Below, piece after piece: positions 40,386-54,000 of a DNA stretch of 64,000 nt. The position numbers and the translations under genes were made by a program. Where the stretch lies: NCBI GenBank assembly GCA_965644265.1, contig OZ286477.1:29450001-29514000 (forward strand). Reading direction: 5' to 3'. Position 1 is the first letter of the stretch; every line of letters begins with the position of its first letter. The notes beneath the pieces are model-generated. The model was not told the origin of the DNA. It saw nothing but the letters and a program-made list of their open reading frames with translations, and did not search any database. This DNA is from Glycera tridactyla (taxonomy: Eukaryota).

Positions 40386-42399
40386 TAGTTGGTCTCATCG
40401 TCTTCGTCATTCAACACTATAGTTGAATACTTTGTCCTTTATAGTCTGGTATATGGTGTACCATACATCTGTATGCTGAATCGAACGTAGGCCTTTTCCT
40501 ACGAGGCCTCATGAGACATATAAAGCAAGACAATATTTGCCTCTGCGGGCTGACAAGGCGTTATCAACACGTCGTCCGTTATCATTGACACTGGCATAGC
40601 GTTGTATCTCCTACATGGCCAACCTGCGACCCTCCAGATCGTATAATGTGCTACTGTGAATGATGACTGTAGAATGACTCCAATGTCAGTTTCTGGCTCA
40701 CGAATATGGAATACCTCATTGCTTTTTCACCAATACTGAATTACAAACCAATGCCATCATAATATCTGGTGCTCTCTTTCTACACTCCAGCTTCTAATCC
40801 CTTTGAATGAGGCTCTTCACTATTCTTTTTTTTTCACATATGGTCCATCATGAATCACTCAAACCATCATATTTCATATACTGAAAGATATATCGTAATT
40901 CTGATTAACCAATTCTGATTAACCAATATAAAGAAACTAACTGCCAACTAGTGTCAAGATCCATTGACATTCCATACTCCTGAATGAAATTCAAATCTTT
41001 TCTAGACACAAATTTCATCGAAAGATATGTTTCGTACGACATATTATACACAAGTCTTGATCTGATTCTTGAAAGATTAACGAATTTTCATATCGATCAT
41101 AGCTCATTCATAATACCTGGTCTAATCAAATGTCTTTATTAATCACGCAGTTTCCGTCTTCATCAAACTTAATCATATACTCAGTATCATCGCCCACTTG
41201 CTTCACGATAGAAACAGAGTACCTAACGTGTGGAGAACAATCAGCACACATCTCACCACCAGGTTTCAGGTTAACTGTCGTTAGGAACATCTCAGCAATT
41301 GATAACACATTTTAGACCTTCTTAACACATATATTTATTTGCCTTTCACTGAACTTGTGCCACAAAATGGCATAATGTCATCTGGTATGCACTCAGATAG
41401 CATGATTGAGGCATTGGACTCTACTTGAGTTTCCGAAATGGGCTTTGTATGGTCGTTAAATAGCCACAGGAGATGTATGTATGTTTTGGAGGATCTGCCC
41501 TCTCTCAGGAGAGGATGATGACGGCTAGGGTTGAAAACTGTGTCCATGCCTTGCTGCACTGTGATTATCAATAAAAATACCCTTGTTTTCTCTTCGGAAA
41601 TACTAAGCAATGGATGCACTAGTACTGCAGACTTAGAGACTTACTTTTCATTGAGCAATTGAAAGAAGGAATCTTGAATATTGCCTCGATGTCTCAAAAT
41701 TGGCGAGGCCATGTTGACCGGAGGAAAATATTCGAGCAACCAGTCAACCAATCAACCAACCATCCAACCAACAAACCAATACCAGACAACAATCATTCCG
41801 GCTCATGCACATTATACAAATGATTTATTGGTTGTTTGTTTGATTAACTCATCAGAGGCTATATTGTGACGCTCCTGCAATGAATAAGGGCTGGGTCTGT
41901 CAAAACCTCTGTTACCATCTGGGCTCCCAAATAGATGCAGAAATGATATAAAATCATGGCCATTGGAGGTTTGATTTCGGACAATTGTACAGATGGGAAT
42001 TCAAGAATGCTCTATTTAATATTACGATACATGGAGGGAAGGAAATGGTAGGTGCAGCTGTTACAGTTCTCATGACTACACGGCAACAAAGGCGTAACTC
42101 GAAACAAAACAAGCGAGTGCACCCACTCGATACATTCACACTTTGCCGAACCCTTTGCAATATCAAGTCCTATTCATTGCAACTCCATCACCACTTTCTT
42201 AACAGAAAGGATAGGTACTGTTTTAATGCACCAGCACTAATTCGCACCTGGCAGGACACATTCTCTTCTCATTGGTGGTCATTTACTGTTTCTACATCTA
42301 CATTTACTCGGACACTGCAGCACAGTCGAAGTAGGCATCTAATGCTGAGTGCAATGCATGCAAACGAGATGAAAATTAGTGAAAACTGCGCCTCTCTTC

Positions 42400-43300
42400 G
42401 AAGCTTGGGACGATAGCGCGGTAGCCACCATGTAATCTGCTGAGCCATGGTGAGCAGGTCAGCCTGGGTGGCATCAACTCAGTTGCATAATAGCATACAG
42501 AGTCCAGTTCCCCTTTTTCTTCCAGCCAAAGGTTCCCTTCCCACAATCCAAATTAACCCTGTAAAAGTCCTCGGAGCTTCGTCATTGTTCATGAGTGTAT
42601 GGCAGGCAGGACTACACTGTGCCCCCCCCCCCCCCCAGTTCAACAATATCAATTTTGTTTGGGTATCCAATGCCACTATTCTATATTCTAATATAGGGCG
42701 CACAATGGCCTGGTAGGCAGTTTCCATGAGTTTCATAAACATCGTTTCCCTATAATTACCAACTACTCAACCTTATTGTATACATTCATATGTTTCTGCT
42801 TCAACATTCATTGCACGCTGTATTGGATGGTATAGTCCTATGTGATTTTCACTGATGAGTTAAATTTATTGAACTGTTCGACTAGTGAACTGTACATATA
42901 TTGAACCAACCAACTGACTAAAACTTTTCTAGCAGTAACAAACTTTCTGTTGGCATTTATGCAGGCCGAATGTCGCAATCTGACTGTGCATGCCTTGGTT
43001 CCAGCCTTATGAGGAATGTGTGCATATGAGAGAATCAGTGAATTTGCCAACCAGATAAGACAAACACAGGGGGTGAATGGCTTCAGCATAGGCGATGTAA
43101 TCAGATATTCTTTGGTGGAGGCATGATCTGATAGAATCAATTTTTCGTTTTATAGCATCTGCCCCGTGACCTACATTCTAGAGGCATATTTTTGTCATGG
43201 AACTACCCACTATTCCATCCCATGATCGGACAGACCTTTTGATTCACTCTGCTATACCGTGGGCATAGCGCAACTATAATCGTAAAATCTGGTTTGAAGT
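42400..43300 (-). mobile_element. Degraded LINE reverse-transcriptase C-terminal fragment
   Basis: ORF 42479-42742 has TAYQAIVRPILEY...LIW..LAGRKR, the typical AYxxxVRPxLEY...LxWxxLxxRR pattern. Confidence 0.7.
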
Positions 43301-43913
43301 TGACAGCTCATGATCGAGTACATTGGTTGTGTATCCTCCGAACGCATTGTATTTCATTCAGTTCGTGCTACACTTTGCTAAAATGGAAGAATTGCTAATA
43401 GGCCTGAGTGTCAGCTTTCAGTCAGTCACATAGAATGATACACCATTAAAAAGGATCACTTGTTTCTGTTAAATATTGAGAGAACTGTCACCTACGTTCA
43501 CGAGGTTGCCCATTATTTTTTGTTCAGGGATTGTGAGGGATGCCTACAAGGGACAGACCATCTAGCTTTCGTTGGCCAGGAACACACAGCTCACACAATC
43601 CTTTTGGTTGCTGGATGCCATTCACCCTCAACCAAACCAAACCAAACCTGTTGTTCAAACCCAGCAGAGAAGTATTCGATTAATGGTATTACGGACGGAG
43701 CATGCGGGCAATCTGTTCCCCTCACCCGTTTCGTATGTTGACAGAGTCGAAGCTGGTATTTTAGACCTGGATCTGCAAAATATACCAGACTATGATGAAG
43801 TGTCTTGTAAATGTTGGTAGACTCTTCTCTCACTCGTGTTCATGAGAGTCAAGGCGGGTATTTCAGTCTTTGGGCTGCAGTGTATACAAGAGCATGGAGG
43901 ATAGGCAACCTTC

Positions 43914-44378
43914 CATGAGTGTGACTGAGCGGAAGATAACAAGAATCTGCAGTTACTGCAAGATGGCCTGAACAGTTTGATATTCATTGCCATCTGCATG
44001 AGTGTGACTGAGCAGAAGATAACAAGAATCTGCAGTTACTACAAGATGGCCTGAACAGTTTGATATCTATTGCCATCTGCATGAGTGTGAGTGAGCGGAA
44101 GATAACAAAAATCTGCAGTTACTGCAAGATGGCCTGAACAGTTTGATATTCATTGCCATCTGCATGAGTGTGACTGAGCGGAAGATAACAAGAATCTGCA
44201 GTTACTACAAGATGGCCTGAACAGTTTGATATCTATTGCCATCTGCATGAGTGTGACTGAGCGGAAGATAACAAGAATCTGCAGTTACTACAAGATGGCC
44301 TCAACAGTTTGATATTCATTGCCATCTGCATGAGTGTGACTGAGCGGAAGATAACAAGAATCTGCAGTTACTACAAGA
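43914..44378. repeat. 83-bp minisatellite, ~5.6 copies
   Basis: catgagtgtgactgagcggaagataacaag... starts at 43914, 43997 and onward. Confidence 0.95.
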
Positions 44379-45110
44379 CGGAAATTTCTCTATATGATTA
44401 TTCCATGATCTTGCACCACGTACTCGGAAATTCCTTTCACTAAATTTGTATTTCTATTTTTCTTGCTTGACTAGAGGCTTTTCTCGTGTGGTGTGAGTGA
44501 TTATATTCTGACAAAATACTTATAGGATCATACTTAAAACTTCCTAATAATTCCTTCTTGACATGCAATATTTCATGCTCTCAGCGCCTGGGTTTGCATT
44601 TTCAAATCAGAATGTAACTTGGCAGTATTATAACGTCTTTGGCATCTGTCGATGTGTCATAGAGCTATATTTTGAAGTTTTTGAAGACTGTAGCTGTCTC
44701 TCTGACCTAGACAATTGAAGATTATTTCCCCGTAATCAAAAATCGGTAAAACAAGAGTTTTATATAGCATAAGAGATGTATCTTTAGGTATTACCGGTCT
44801 TAAACGCCCCAGGACTCCTATTTTGCCAATGGTTTATGATTGAATATACGTAACATGATGCAGCTCTTCAACACATTGGTTGCTATGTTACCAATATCAA
44901 CTCTATTTCTACAGCACTCTATCAGCAAAAATAGTATATGGTGGCTGCCAAGGAATTGATTATTCAGATGTATTGCCGCCTTTAACACTCTGTGTAGGCC
45001 ATATAACCTCCAGATTTGTGGTATCTTTCGTCACACTCATGCCAAGACTGTAATACATTATACGTATAGAATATACATGATGCAATCAATACGAACCTGA
45101 TCGCTATGAT

Positions 45111-46282
45111 ATGAGCAGTGTTGAGAGGCATTGGGGATATGTGTTACTGCTGTCTTATGGTATCTTTCCACATTATCACATGAGCTGTGTTGAGAGGCAT
45201 TGGGGATATGTATTACTGCTGTCTTATGATATCTTTCCACATTATCGCATGAGCAGTGTTGAGAGGCATTGGGGATATGTGTTCCGCTGTCTTATGGTAT
45301 CTTTCCACATTATCGCATGAGCAGTGTTGAGAGGCATTGGGGATATGTGTTACTGCTGTCTTATGGTATCTTTCCACATTATCGCATGAGCAGTGTTGAG
45401 AGGCATTGGGGATATGTGTTACTGCCGTCTTATGGTATCTTTCCACATTATCGCATGAGCAGTGTTGAGAGGCATTGGGGATATGTGTTACTGCTGTCTT
45501 ATGGTATCTTTCCACATTATCGCATGAGCAGTGTTGAGATTTTTTTTGTTTGTTTGTTTGAGGTTTAACGGCATGTATCAACCCACAGGATTATTTATGC
45601 CGCAGTGTTGAGAGGCATTGGGGATATGTGTTACTGCTGTCTTGTGGTATCTTTCCACATTATTGCATGAGCAGTGTTGAGAGGCATTGGGGACATGTGT
45701 TACTGCTGTCTTATGGTATCTTTCCACATCATCGCATAAGCAGTGTTGAGAGGCATTGGGGATATGTGTTACTGCTGTCTTATGGTATCTTTCCACATCA
45801 TTGCATGAGCAGTGTTGAGAGGCATTGGGGATGTGTTACTGCTGTCTTGTGGTATCTTTCCACATCATCGCATGAGCAATGTTGAGAGGCATTGGGTATA
45901 TGTGTTACTGCTGTCTTATGGTATCTTTCCACATTATCGCATGAGCAGTGTTGAGAGGCATGAGGTATATGTGTTACTGCTGTCTTGTGGTATCTTTCCA
46001 CATTATTACATGAGCAGTGTTGAGAGGCATTGGGGATGTGTTACTGCTGTCTTATGATATCTTTTCACAGTATCGCATGAGCAGTGTTGAGAGGCATTGG
46101 GGATATGTGTTACTGCTGTCTTATGGTATCTTTCCACATTATCGCATGAGCAGTGTTGAGAGGCATTGGGGATATGTGTTACTGCTGTCTTATGGTATCT
46201 TTCCACATTATCGCATGAGCAGTGTTGAGAGGCATTGGGGATATGTGTTACTGCTGTCTCATGGTATCTTTCCACATTTTCG
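45111..46282. repeat. 69-bp minisatellite, ~16 copies
   Basis: Unit gagcagtgttgagaggcattggggatatgtgttactgctgtcttatggtatctttccacattatcgcat. Confidence 0.97.
45540..45601 (-). mobile_element. 62-bp 5'-truncated retroposon tail inserted in the 69-bp array
   Basis: 12-bp TSD gcagtgttgaga (45528-45539 and 45602-45613). The insert ends in (AAAC)n-A8 on the minus strand. Confidence 0.8.
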
Positions 46283-46774
46283 CCTCTCGCATTGTTGAGT
46301 TGCTAGCTGAGCTCTATTGATCGGAGACTCAATCTCAATTGGTTCATACGAAATCTGGAGCATTTGAATCATTTTGATATTATGGATGGAGGACCTCTCA
46401 GTCCTGAGTCCGATATTTTGTCATTTTTCGAGCTGCTAGGGATGGAGAAGAAAATACCAATCTTCATAATAGAATTGTCAGAAAAATTAATCTTGAGCAA
46501 ATGAAGCTATCACCAGCTGCACTGAGATATCAGTGGAATTCCAGCGGTTTCATATCATTCAACCTTCTCCTGGAGGTTTGAATTATCCCTTCCATGCGTA
46601 TCATTCCACCTTCCCTTTGGGATCCTGGAGATTTGAATGATCCAATCCATGCCCACAGCAATATATATCCTTGCAGGTATTCAAAAGAGGACAAGCAACC
46701 AAGTAAGTACAACCACATATATAGGAAAACTCCTCGTGTGACAGCAAAGTATGTGCTGCCACAAAATGTTTAAG

Positions 46775-47463
46775 ATTCATAAAACATTCTGCACTAGTAC
46801 CAACATGATCCATGTGATACATCAATGAGAGTGTAACAACTGAGAATGATGCGATGATGGTGGTATGTGCAAAATTCATAAAACATTCTGCACTAGTACC
46901 AACAGGATCAATGTGATACATCAATGAGAGTGTAACAATTGAGAATGATGCAATGATGGTGCTATGTGCAAGATTCATAAAACATTCTGCACTAGTGCCA
47001 ACATGATCTATATGATACATCAATGAGAGTGTAACAACTGAGAACGATGTAATGATGTCGCAATGTGCAAGATTCATAAAACGTTCTGCACTAGTGCCAA
47101 CATGATCTATGTGACACACCAATGAGAGTGTAACAACTGAGAATGATGCAATGATGGCGCGATGTGCTTGCATTCTGTTGGCCAACATGATCTATGTGAC
47201 ACACCAATGAGAGTGTAACAACTGAGAACGATGTAATGATGTTGCAATGTGCAAGATTCATAAAACATTCTGCACTGGTGCCAACATGATCTATGTGACA
47301 CACCAATGAGAGTGTAACAACTGAGAATGATGCAATGATGGCGCGATGTGCAAGATTCATAAAACATTCTGCACTTGTGCCAACATGATCTATGTGACAC
47401 ACCAATGAGAGTGTAACAACTGAGAATGATGCAATGATGGCGCGATGTGCTTGCATTCTGTTG
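46775..47463. repeat. ~99-bp minisatellite, ~7 copies with shorter variant units
   Basis: attcataaaacattctgcac... starts at 46775, 46874 and onward. Confidence 0.9.
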
Positions 47464-47464
47464 G

Positions 47465-47720
47465 CCATACATTAGACATGCAACTGTTAATGGAGAGATG
47501 GACACTCCACTCGATTAGCCTTTTAGCACGGCAAACAACTTGATGAGTGATGGTTTGTTTACTCCTGACAAATAGCAAGCTGTGCCAGCAAACTTGTCCA
47601 ACTCGCCTATTGATGATATCTAGAATGCTCTCGGATTTCACTGAAATGGTGATTTTGTAGGCCCAATATCTGGTTTCACTGCCGATACAAGTAAACTCGT
47701 TTGAAATCAAATAGATCATA
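47465..47720 (-). mobile_element. Possible degraded LINE RT fragment
   Basis: FTCIGSE...ILDIINRRVGQ...SCMSNVW loosely resembles the FxYLGS...IxxRIxKA...CxxW region. Weak. Confidence 0.3.
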
Positions 47721-50700
47721 TATTTGGCATGTCACGTGTTCCATAGCATCAATCAGATGGACATGCCCATTGATTCAAGAAAAGGACTGAACAAACAACC
47801 AACCAATTGTCAATCCGAAATCTCTCCTACCTCGTTACGCTCTTGTCACTATATAACACGTCAAGTACATCTTACAATCGATTTACTCTATTCGAATTGT
47901 CCATACTCCAAGTTGGCCATGTGGCTTCCATGCGAGAAGAGTAGATGAACAGCACGGAAGTCAGATATATACTGGCCTGCATGCTACTCTATCAGTCGTC
48001 TCTCGCCCCTCATCTACTCCTGTTGTTATTTGGCATCCGACTGTTGGGTGATTAGGAACTCCAGTGAATCAATATAAGCTATGGATGGGCCTGAGGTTAT
48101 TTCGATCTCCATCTGATTTCACTTGACCTCTGAATTTTGAATAAATTCATGAATACCATAGTTCTCTTTTTATAAGAATGGACTTCCATTCTGAAGCAAG
48201 CTCACAGAATGTAGGCCCTCCTGAACAAGATAATGGTAAAACTAACCGAATAAGTACTTCCTCCTGCAACAATGACATGCGTCATACCAGCACAATATTT
48301 AAATGGCTAAAAATACACTCGAAAGTTTCTTACAAAGTGATTGACGCATGAAGGATCAAATGAGATCAACTACAGTATCGGAGAGATTCCTGCAAGGGCT
48401 GATTAGGTTTCCATTCCAGTACTTCTTTTTCTGAGGTACAGAATCCAAATGAATAGTCATATTGATGGAGTAGATGCAATCAGATATCAAAGTGGCCTTC
48501 AGCCAGCTTATCAGGAATAGCTGGAGTATCTATAGACACAAGTGTAAGTGCACCGTTTTATTAGTCTGGTCAGACCCTGTCAGTAGTTACTCAGCCAACT
48601 CTCGCCTATGCAAACAAAATCACTGGCAGGGTTGTGTGCGCTGAATGATTACAGCTGGGGATGAGGATATTTTTGAACCTCTCATTCCGCATACATCTTC
48701 AGTAGACAATCTCGACAATCGAGGTACATATGCTTAATCACTCTAAGTTCTGAATTTTCATTACCTGCAAGTGCCCTTTCGAAGAATTATTCCGAACACA
48801 GTAATATTCCGAGTTATCGTTCGGACGTTGTACATTTCGACCAGAAGCAGTTTGTACCCTCAGTACAAGTTGCATATTTGTCAGAATCCCCAAATTCCGT
48901 CGCCTCTTCCTCCATGATAATCGTACTTTTTAATTTTCCGTCACAGTGGGGTTTCAATGATACATGACTCACAAACTATGAATGCAATGTCAAATACCTT
49001 ACAGCACCTAACAATGCGTGAACGCTTATAGAAATGAGCAGGCATCTTTTCATCCAACTATCTACCTATTTGTATGGGGTCATATGATGAATAGGTGAAA
49101 GAATTTTACTATGGAATTCGCCAATCGGGGTTCGAGTGAGTGATTCCTGCCGGGGAGGGATCCTCCGGCTTCCATTGACCTAGAACACACAGGCATACAT
49201 AATCCTCTGGGGTGATATACATTCCATTAAACCTCAAACAAACACCATATCTTCGGTTGAATCCCAGCAATCCACTCACTGTCGCCTTAGAATACACAAG
49301 ACAATCTGGTAGATTCCAGTGTCAATTTTTTTTTCCAATTTCATACTATAGAATCCATCGAATGAGAGAAAAACATTGGGAGACTCATCTTAAATTCCAT
49401 GGTTTGAGGTCCTTTGGAAAAAGACCACACAAAAGGTGTCCGCATGCAAGTTGAGAATGCCCCCTTCTTTCTCTGGCAGGTAGTATCAATGTGACCATAT
49501 AAATGCAAGCATTTCTGATGTCGTTTGGGCGTTTGGATTGTTGGGTGAGTTGTTTGGTGTCGATCACCGGCATCTCAACCACATGTCTACTAAATTGTGA
49601 CACCCATGCAATTGGTATTAGAACTTTGAACGGGATGGAATGTGGAATCATACGGAAATTGCCAACACTCAATGTGCCATTCCAGGCACTACTCTGGCTA
49701 ATCAAGGCATTTGCAAGTTAAATTGCTGACCGTCAGTGTGGACACATTGAGTATATCTTGAGTGCATCTGGTAAACATTGAAACTTGGTTAGCAAACATG
49801 GCCACCAATTCACTATTCACATCAAGATACTCAACATCCGGAAAGACTGCAAGCCAAACTAGATGCAATTTCCCTATAATAAAGTGCACACTTGACTGCG
49901 ATTGGTTGGCCAGGGCAAGATGGCAATGAATAAGTGGAAGAGTTTGGCGGAAGAGTTTGGTCTGTTGCTATATTCAGTAGTGTGAAAAATGTCTCGTGGA
50001 GTGGTTTCCAGATTATCACATTGTCATTCAAGAGCCATCAGCGCTTGTCAAACAGCAAGCTGAATGGGGAAATCCAGGTTATATCGATGGATTTTATCTT
50101 AGGTCTTTACCTTGACGGGAAGCAGGGGCAATTCCCCTGTGGAATTAATAGTCTTCGATATGGCCAATTTTCTTCTACCTGATTCAAATGTAAATGTTGT
50201 GGTTTACAGTCTGGTATCCTTGGCAAGTTCACCTGACTTCACAAATACATTCCTTTGCAGGCCTGTTCAAGCTTGAGCCTATCTCAACTCTCTGGGGGGT
50301 ATAGATCCACAAGCACAGAATTAACTGCATGAGCTAAGCACTCTACACTCGCCATTACCGCCTATATGGGTAGTAGCGCAGATCTGTGTAATATGATGAT
50401 GCAGGTCCGGTAAGGAACGGTGAACCTTATCCGCTTTGGTCACCCATCCGAGGAGGAGCCCTGCTCACTGTTGCGAACAGTGCTGCTCAGTTAAGATCCG
50501 GAGTGTTTGCACCTAACTCACCTGGTTAACACATAACCTGGTTTCTCCATCAAATAATGCATTCATTCTCATTGAATCGCCCACTTCGAACTTTAATACA
50601 ATTGAGAATCTTTCTCTCAGATGTCACCATCCCACCATCCGACATCGTAGCGCTCCCCGTGCAAACCGGTGGAACTGCGCTCGCCACGTAAACAAACTCG

Positions 50701-51010
50701 CGCAAGCGCAACTCGTATTTTTCCATTTCGCTTTGCGATAACGGAGCTTTTGATATTCTCACAAGTTTTTGCCAAACTATCTAGGTAAAACAGTTTCGCC
50801 CGCTTTCGAGCTTCACCGTACCGTTAGTTCGGTATCTTAGCTTTGTTCCGCCTTGTTCGGCGAGCGCGCTAGATAATTGTTGTTCTCATTTCAGAAGATT
50901 TATTGTACATGACAACTCTGGTGACCTTATATGACCTTTTGAAATGACCTGACCGGACTGTCCGGCCGAGGGTCTGTGATTTTCATATCATTGTCATTTG
51001 CCTATGTACC

Positions 51011-54000
51011 ATGTCTTCTAAGAACCAGAAGAGAGGCCTATGTGGCTACTATGTTGCCAGTTGGGACGACCACCCTCTCTGTCCCTCTTGCCGTCCGTGT
51101 AGACAGTCCACGGGGGACTATCAGTCAGATGAGGTATTCTGCAATATCTGTTCGGTATGGTCTAGTAATCAGTGAAACAGACACGCAGCTAGGAGAACTT
51201 ACAAGTCAAAAAAGAAATCAGATTCTACTAGGTGTGCGACTGTGTCTAGACCACAAGCTGAGTTTAGTCCCCTTGCTAGGGTAGACAGCTCTAGACCTGC
51301 GTCTGTTACTAGAGAGGTTGTAGGACCCAGATCCTGGAACAAGTTGTCTAAGGGAAAGAGTAGAGGACAGTCTTCTTCAAGTCAGGAGTCTTCTTCAGGA
51401 GTTCCCTTAGTGGGTAGTCCGGTTGTCCGTCCGGTCGTGAGTCCTTTTAAGGACCGCAGACAGACAGCTGGAAGGACAACACCCGTAAGTTTGAGTGACC
51501 AGTCGATGGAGAACCCTCAAGTAGTGTTCTCTCCTAGACATTCAAAGAGTTTGTCCGAGGAACATGTCCGTTCTAGCAGTTCCGTCCGGTCCGGTAGCCA
51601 TCATAGCAGATCCGGAAAGATAACGGCCCAGCCAGCAAGTGGGGATAGTTCTCAGCCTAAAAAGAGGCTACAGGTCCTTCTCAAGAGATCATCAAAGGCT
51701 ATGTCTCTCTTGTCAGGGAAATCCGGAAAATCCACTGAGATCAATGTGTCCAGTGTGTACGGTGAGGCCGGTGTGTCCGGTAGTGCTGGCGAGTCCGGCA
51801 GAGTTAGCGGGTCCGGTCAGAGGGAAGTTAAGATGTCCGGTAGCAATGGTGTGTCTAATAGTTCAGTTGCATCTGGCAGCCCTAGTGTGTCTGGTCAGGC
51901 TGGTCTAGACAAAAGTACGGGTATGTCCGGTGGCACTGGAGTGTCCGGTGAGGCCGGTGCGTCCGGTCAGAAGGTTGTTTCCGGTGTGTCCGGTGAGTCC
52001 GGTGTGTCCGGTGAAGCCGGTGTGTCCGGTACTTTTAGTAGGTCTGAAGGCCGGTCCGGTGGACATTCTAGCAAGTCCAGTAGGCATTCTGTTCGATCCG
52101 GTAGCCTAGCTAGTTCTACACAAGAGAGAGGGAGGAAGAAAGAGAGATCTCCAGCAATTGATCGATCTAAGCCTCACTCCACAGAGACTCATAGGACTCA
52201 TACTAGAGAGAAGTCATGTAGTCAATCAGCTCATTCTGAGGTTGATAAGACTAGTATCAGATCAGCAGGCAAGTCTTCCAGAATGTCTAAAAGCAAGTCT
52301 TCTGCTTCATCAATATCTAGAAAGGCCACTTCTAAAACGGAGCATCAAGGGTTTAGAATCCCCTCTATGACCATTAAGCCTAAACCATCTGTCAAGCCTA
52401 AGACCGTTTCTAAGGTTCATGAAGAGAAATTGGGGACAGATAATGGGGAACCAGCTTCAGAGTTGTTGGAGGAGAAACCTTTGATGGACATTGCGAATAC
52501 TGAAGAGTGTCAGACTTCTCAAGGATATGCCATGGCTTATCTTATACCATCTGCTTTGCTACCAGGTCAGAAACACATCCAAAAAATCGCAGCCCCTGGA
52601 TTAGGGGTTGAGGACGCAAAATCCTTAGCTATACCTGCTTCTCATGGTCTGATAGATGCTACTGAAGCTAGGCAAATTTTTGCTTCCTTTGGTAGAAAGG
52701 TTATCCCTCCGGAGGAACGAATTAGAGAAGGGGCTTCTTTGTCTGAGAGGTTTTCTTCAACAAATTCGGACTCCATGTCTCATTGGATTTCAGACATGGT
52801 TCAGGACTGTCTGGCTAGACCTAAACTTTCTAAAGAGGTGTTTGGCCAGGATTCAGGTTCGGGACATTCAAATGTGAAGTTTCATGTTACTTTCAGTAAG
52901 GAGGGAGAGTCTACGGTAGGGTTAGAATTACCCCGTACAGCAGTTGCTATTGGTCAATCTTCCTATCCTTCAGATGTAGTGGAAATGGAGCCAGAACTGA
53001 ATGTGGATAGATTACGGTCTGAGTCAGTTTATTTTAGTTCAGTTTCACAGAGTTCTTCAGCAGTTTTGGATAGGGAAGAAGAAGAATCTTTAGATAGCTT
53101 TCATAAGTCCAATAGGTTGTCTCAGAGATCGATTATCTCTGTTGGCTCTTCCCCACAGACTTCTATTCCTGCGGTAGTCAGGTTTGCTGAACCTCAGTCA
53201 GGTTCACAGACTTCTTATAAGACCCCTTGTGCTTCCTTTTCTGAGCCTGGGTTGGACAAGAAAGCTGTTCCTAGAACCCCTACTGTGGATATTATGCAAT
53301 GGTGGAATACTCATGGCAAAGCTAGAGTTAGTTCACCAGTAATAGTTCAACCAGTTAAGAAGACTATTCTCCACACTGCAACTCTTTCTCAACATGTGGT
53401 TATGGGAGAAGTACAAGCTTCCACTGTTCCTCTTATAAATCCTCAGTGTACCACTCTCCAACCTGACTCTGCAATTTTGGCTCAGGTAGAGTCCCTGAGA
53501 GAAAGAGACAGTAGAAAGAGATCTTATGATGAGAGTCAATCTATCGTGTCTGGTGAATCCGAAGATGAGGACAGGCCAGACGTTAAAAGAAGAATGGCTT
53601 CCTTTAGGAGATTCACGTCTGAGACTCTTACTAACATCATCAAGGACCCTGACCCTATTTCCAGAGAGGGTATAGGAATATCATCTGGGAAATTTGACAC
53701 TTCTTTTGCTGCATTCAAAAGGAACAAAGATATTGATTCTCTTATTGAAAGTTCCCTCCCTATTTCTCCACTTGTCAACAATGTGCAGAAAATAATGAAG
53801 AGGGCAGTACAGGGTAGAGAAGAGAGTGAGACACCACAGTCGTGGGAAGTACCTTTAGCGGATTTTAAAATTGGCAAAGGGGGTAGGACTGAAGCTCTTT
53901 CAAAAACTTTCAAGAGCGCTTACCCACGTATATATGGGTGTAACTCTCGTGTGTATAAACTGAGACCCTCTGAAGATAGGTCTAAGTTTGTTGTGACTCC

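Noticed and set aside
40430-40830. LINE 3' remnant (VSGSRIWN)
   Set aside because: A single short motif is not enough to annotate.
34306-47463. Regularly spaced repeats as CRISPR arrays
   Set aside because: Units are contiguous with no unique spacers, there are no cas genes and the context is eukaryotic.
45058-47505. Many overlapping ORFs up to 195 aa
   Set aside because: Artefacts of 69- and 99-bp units (multiples of 3) that lack stops in some frames on both strands.
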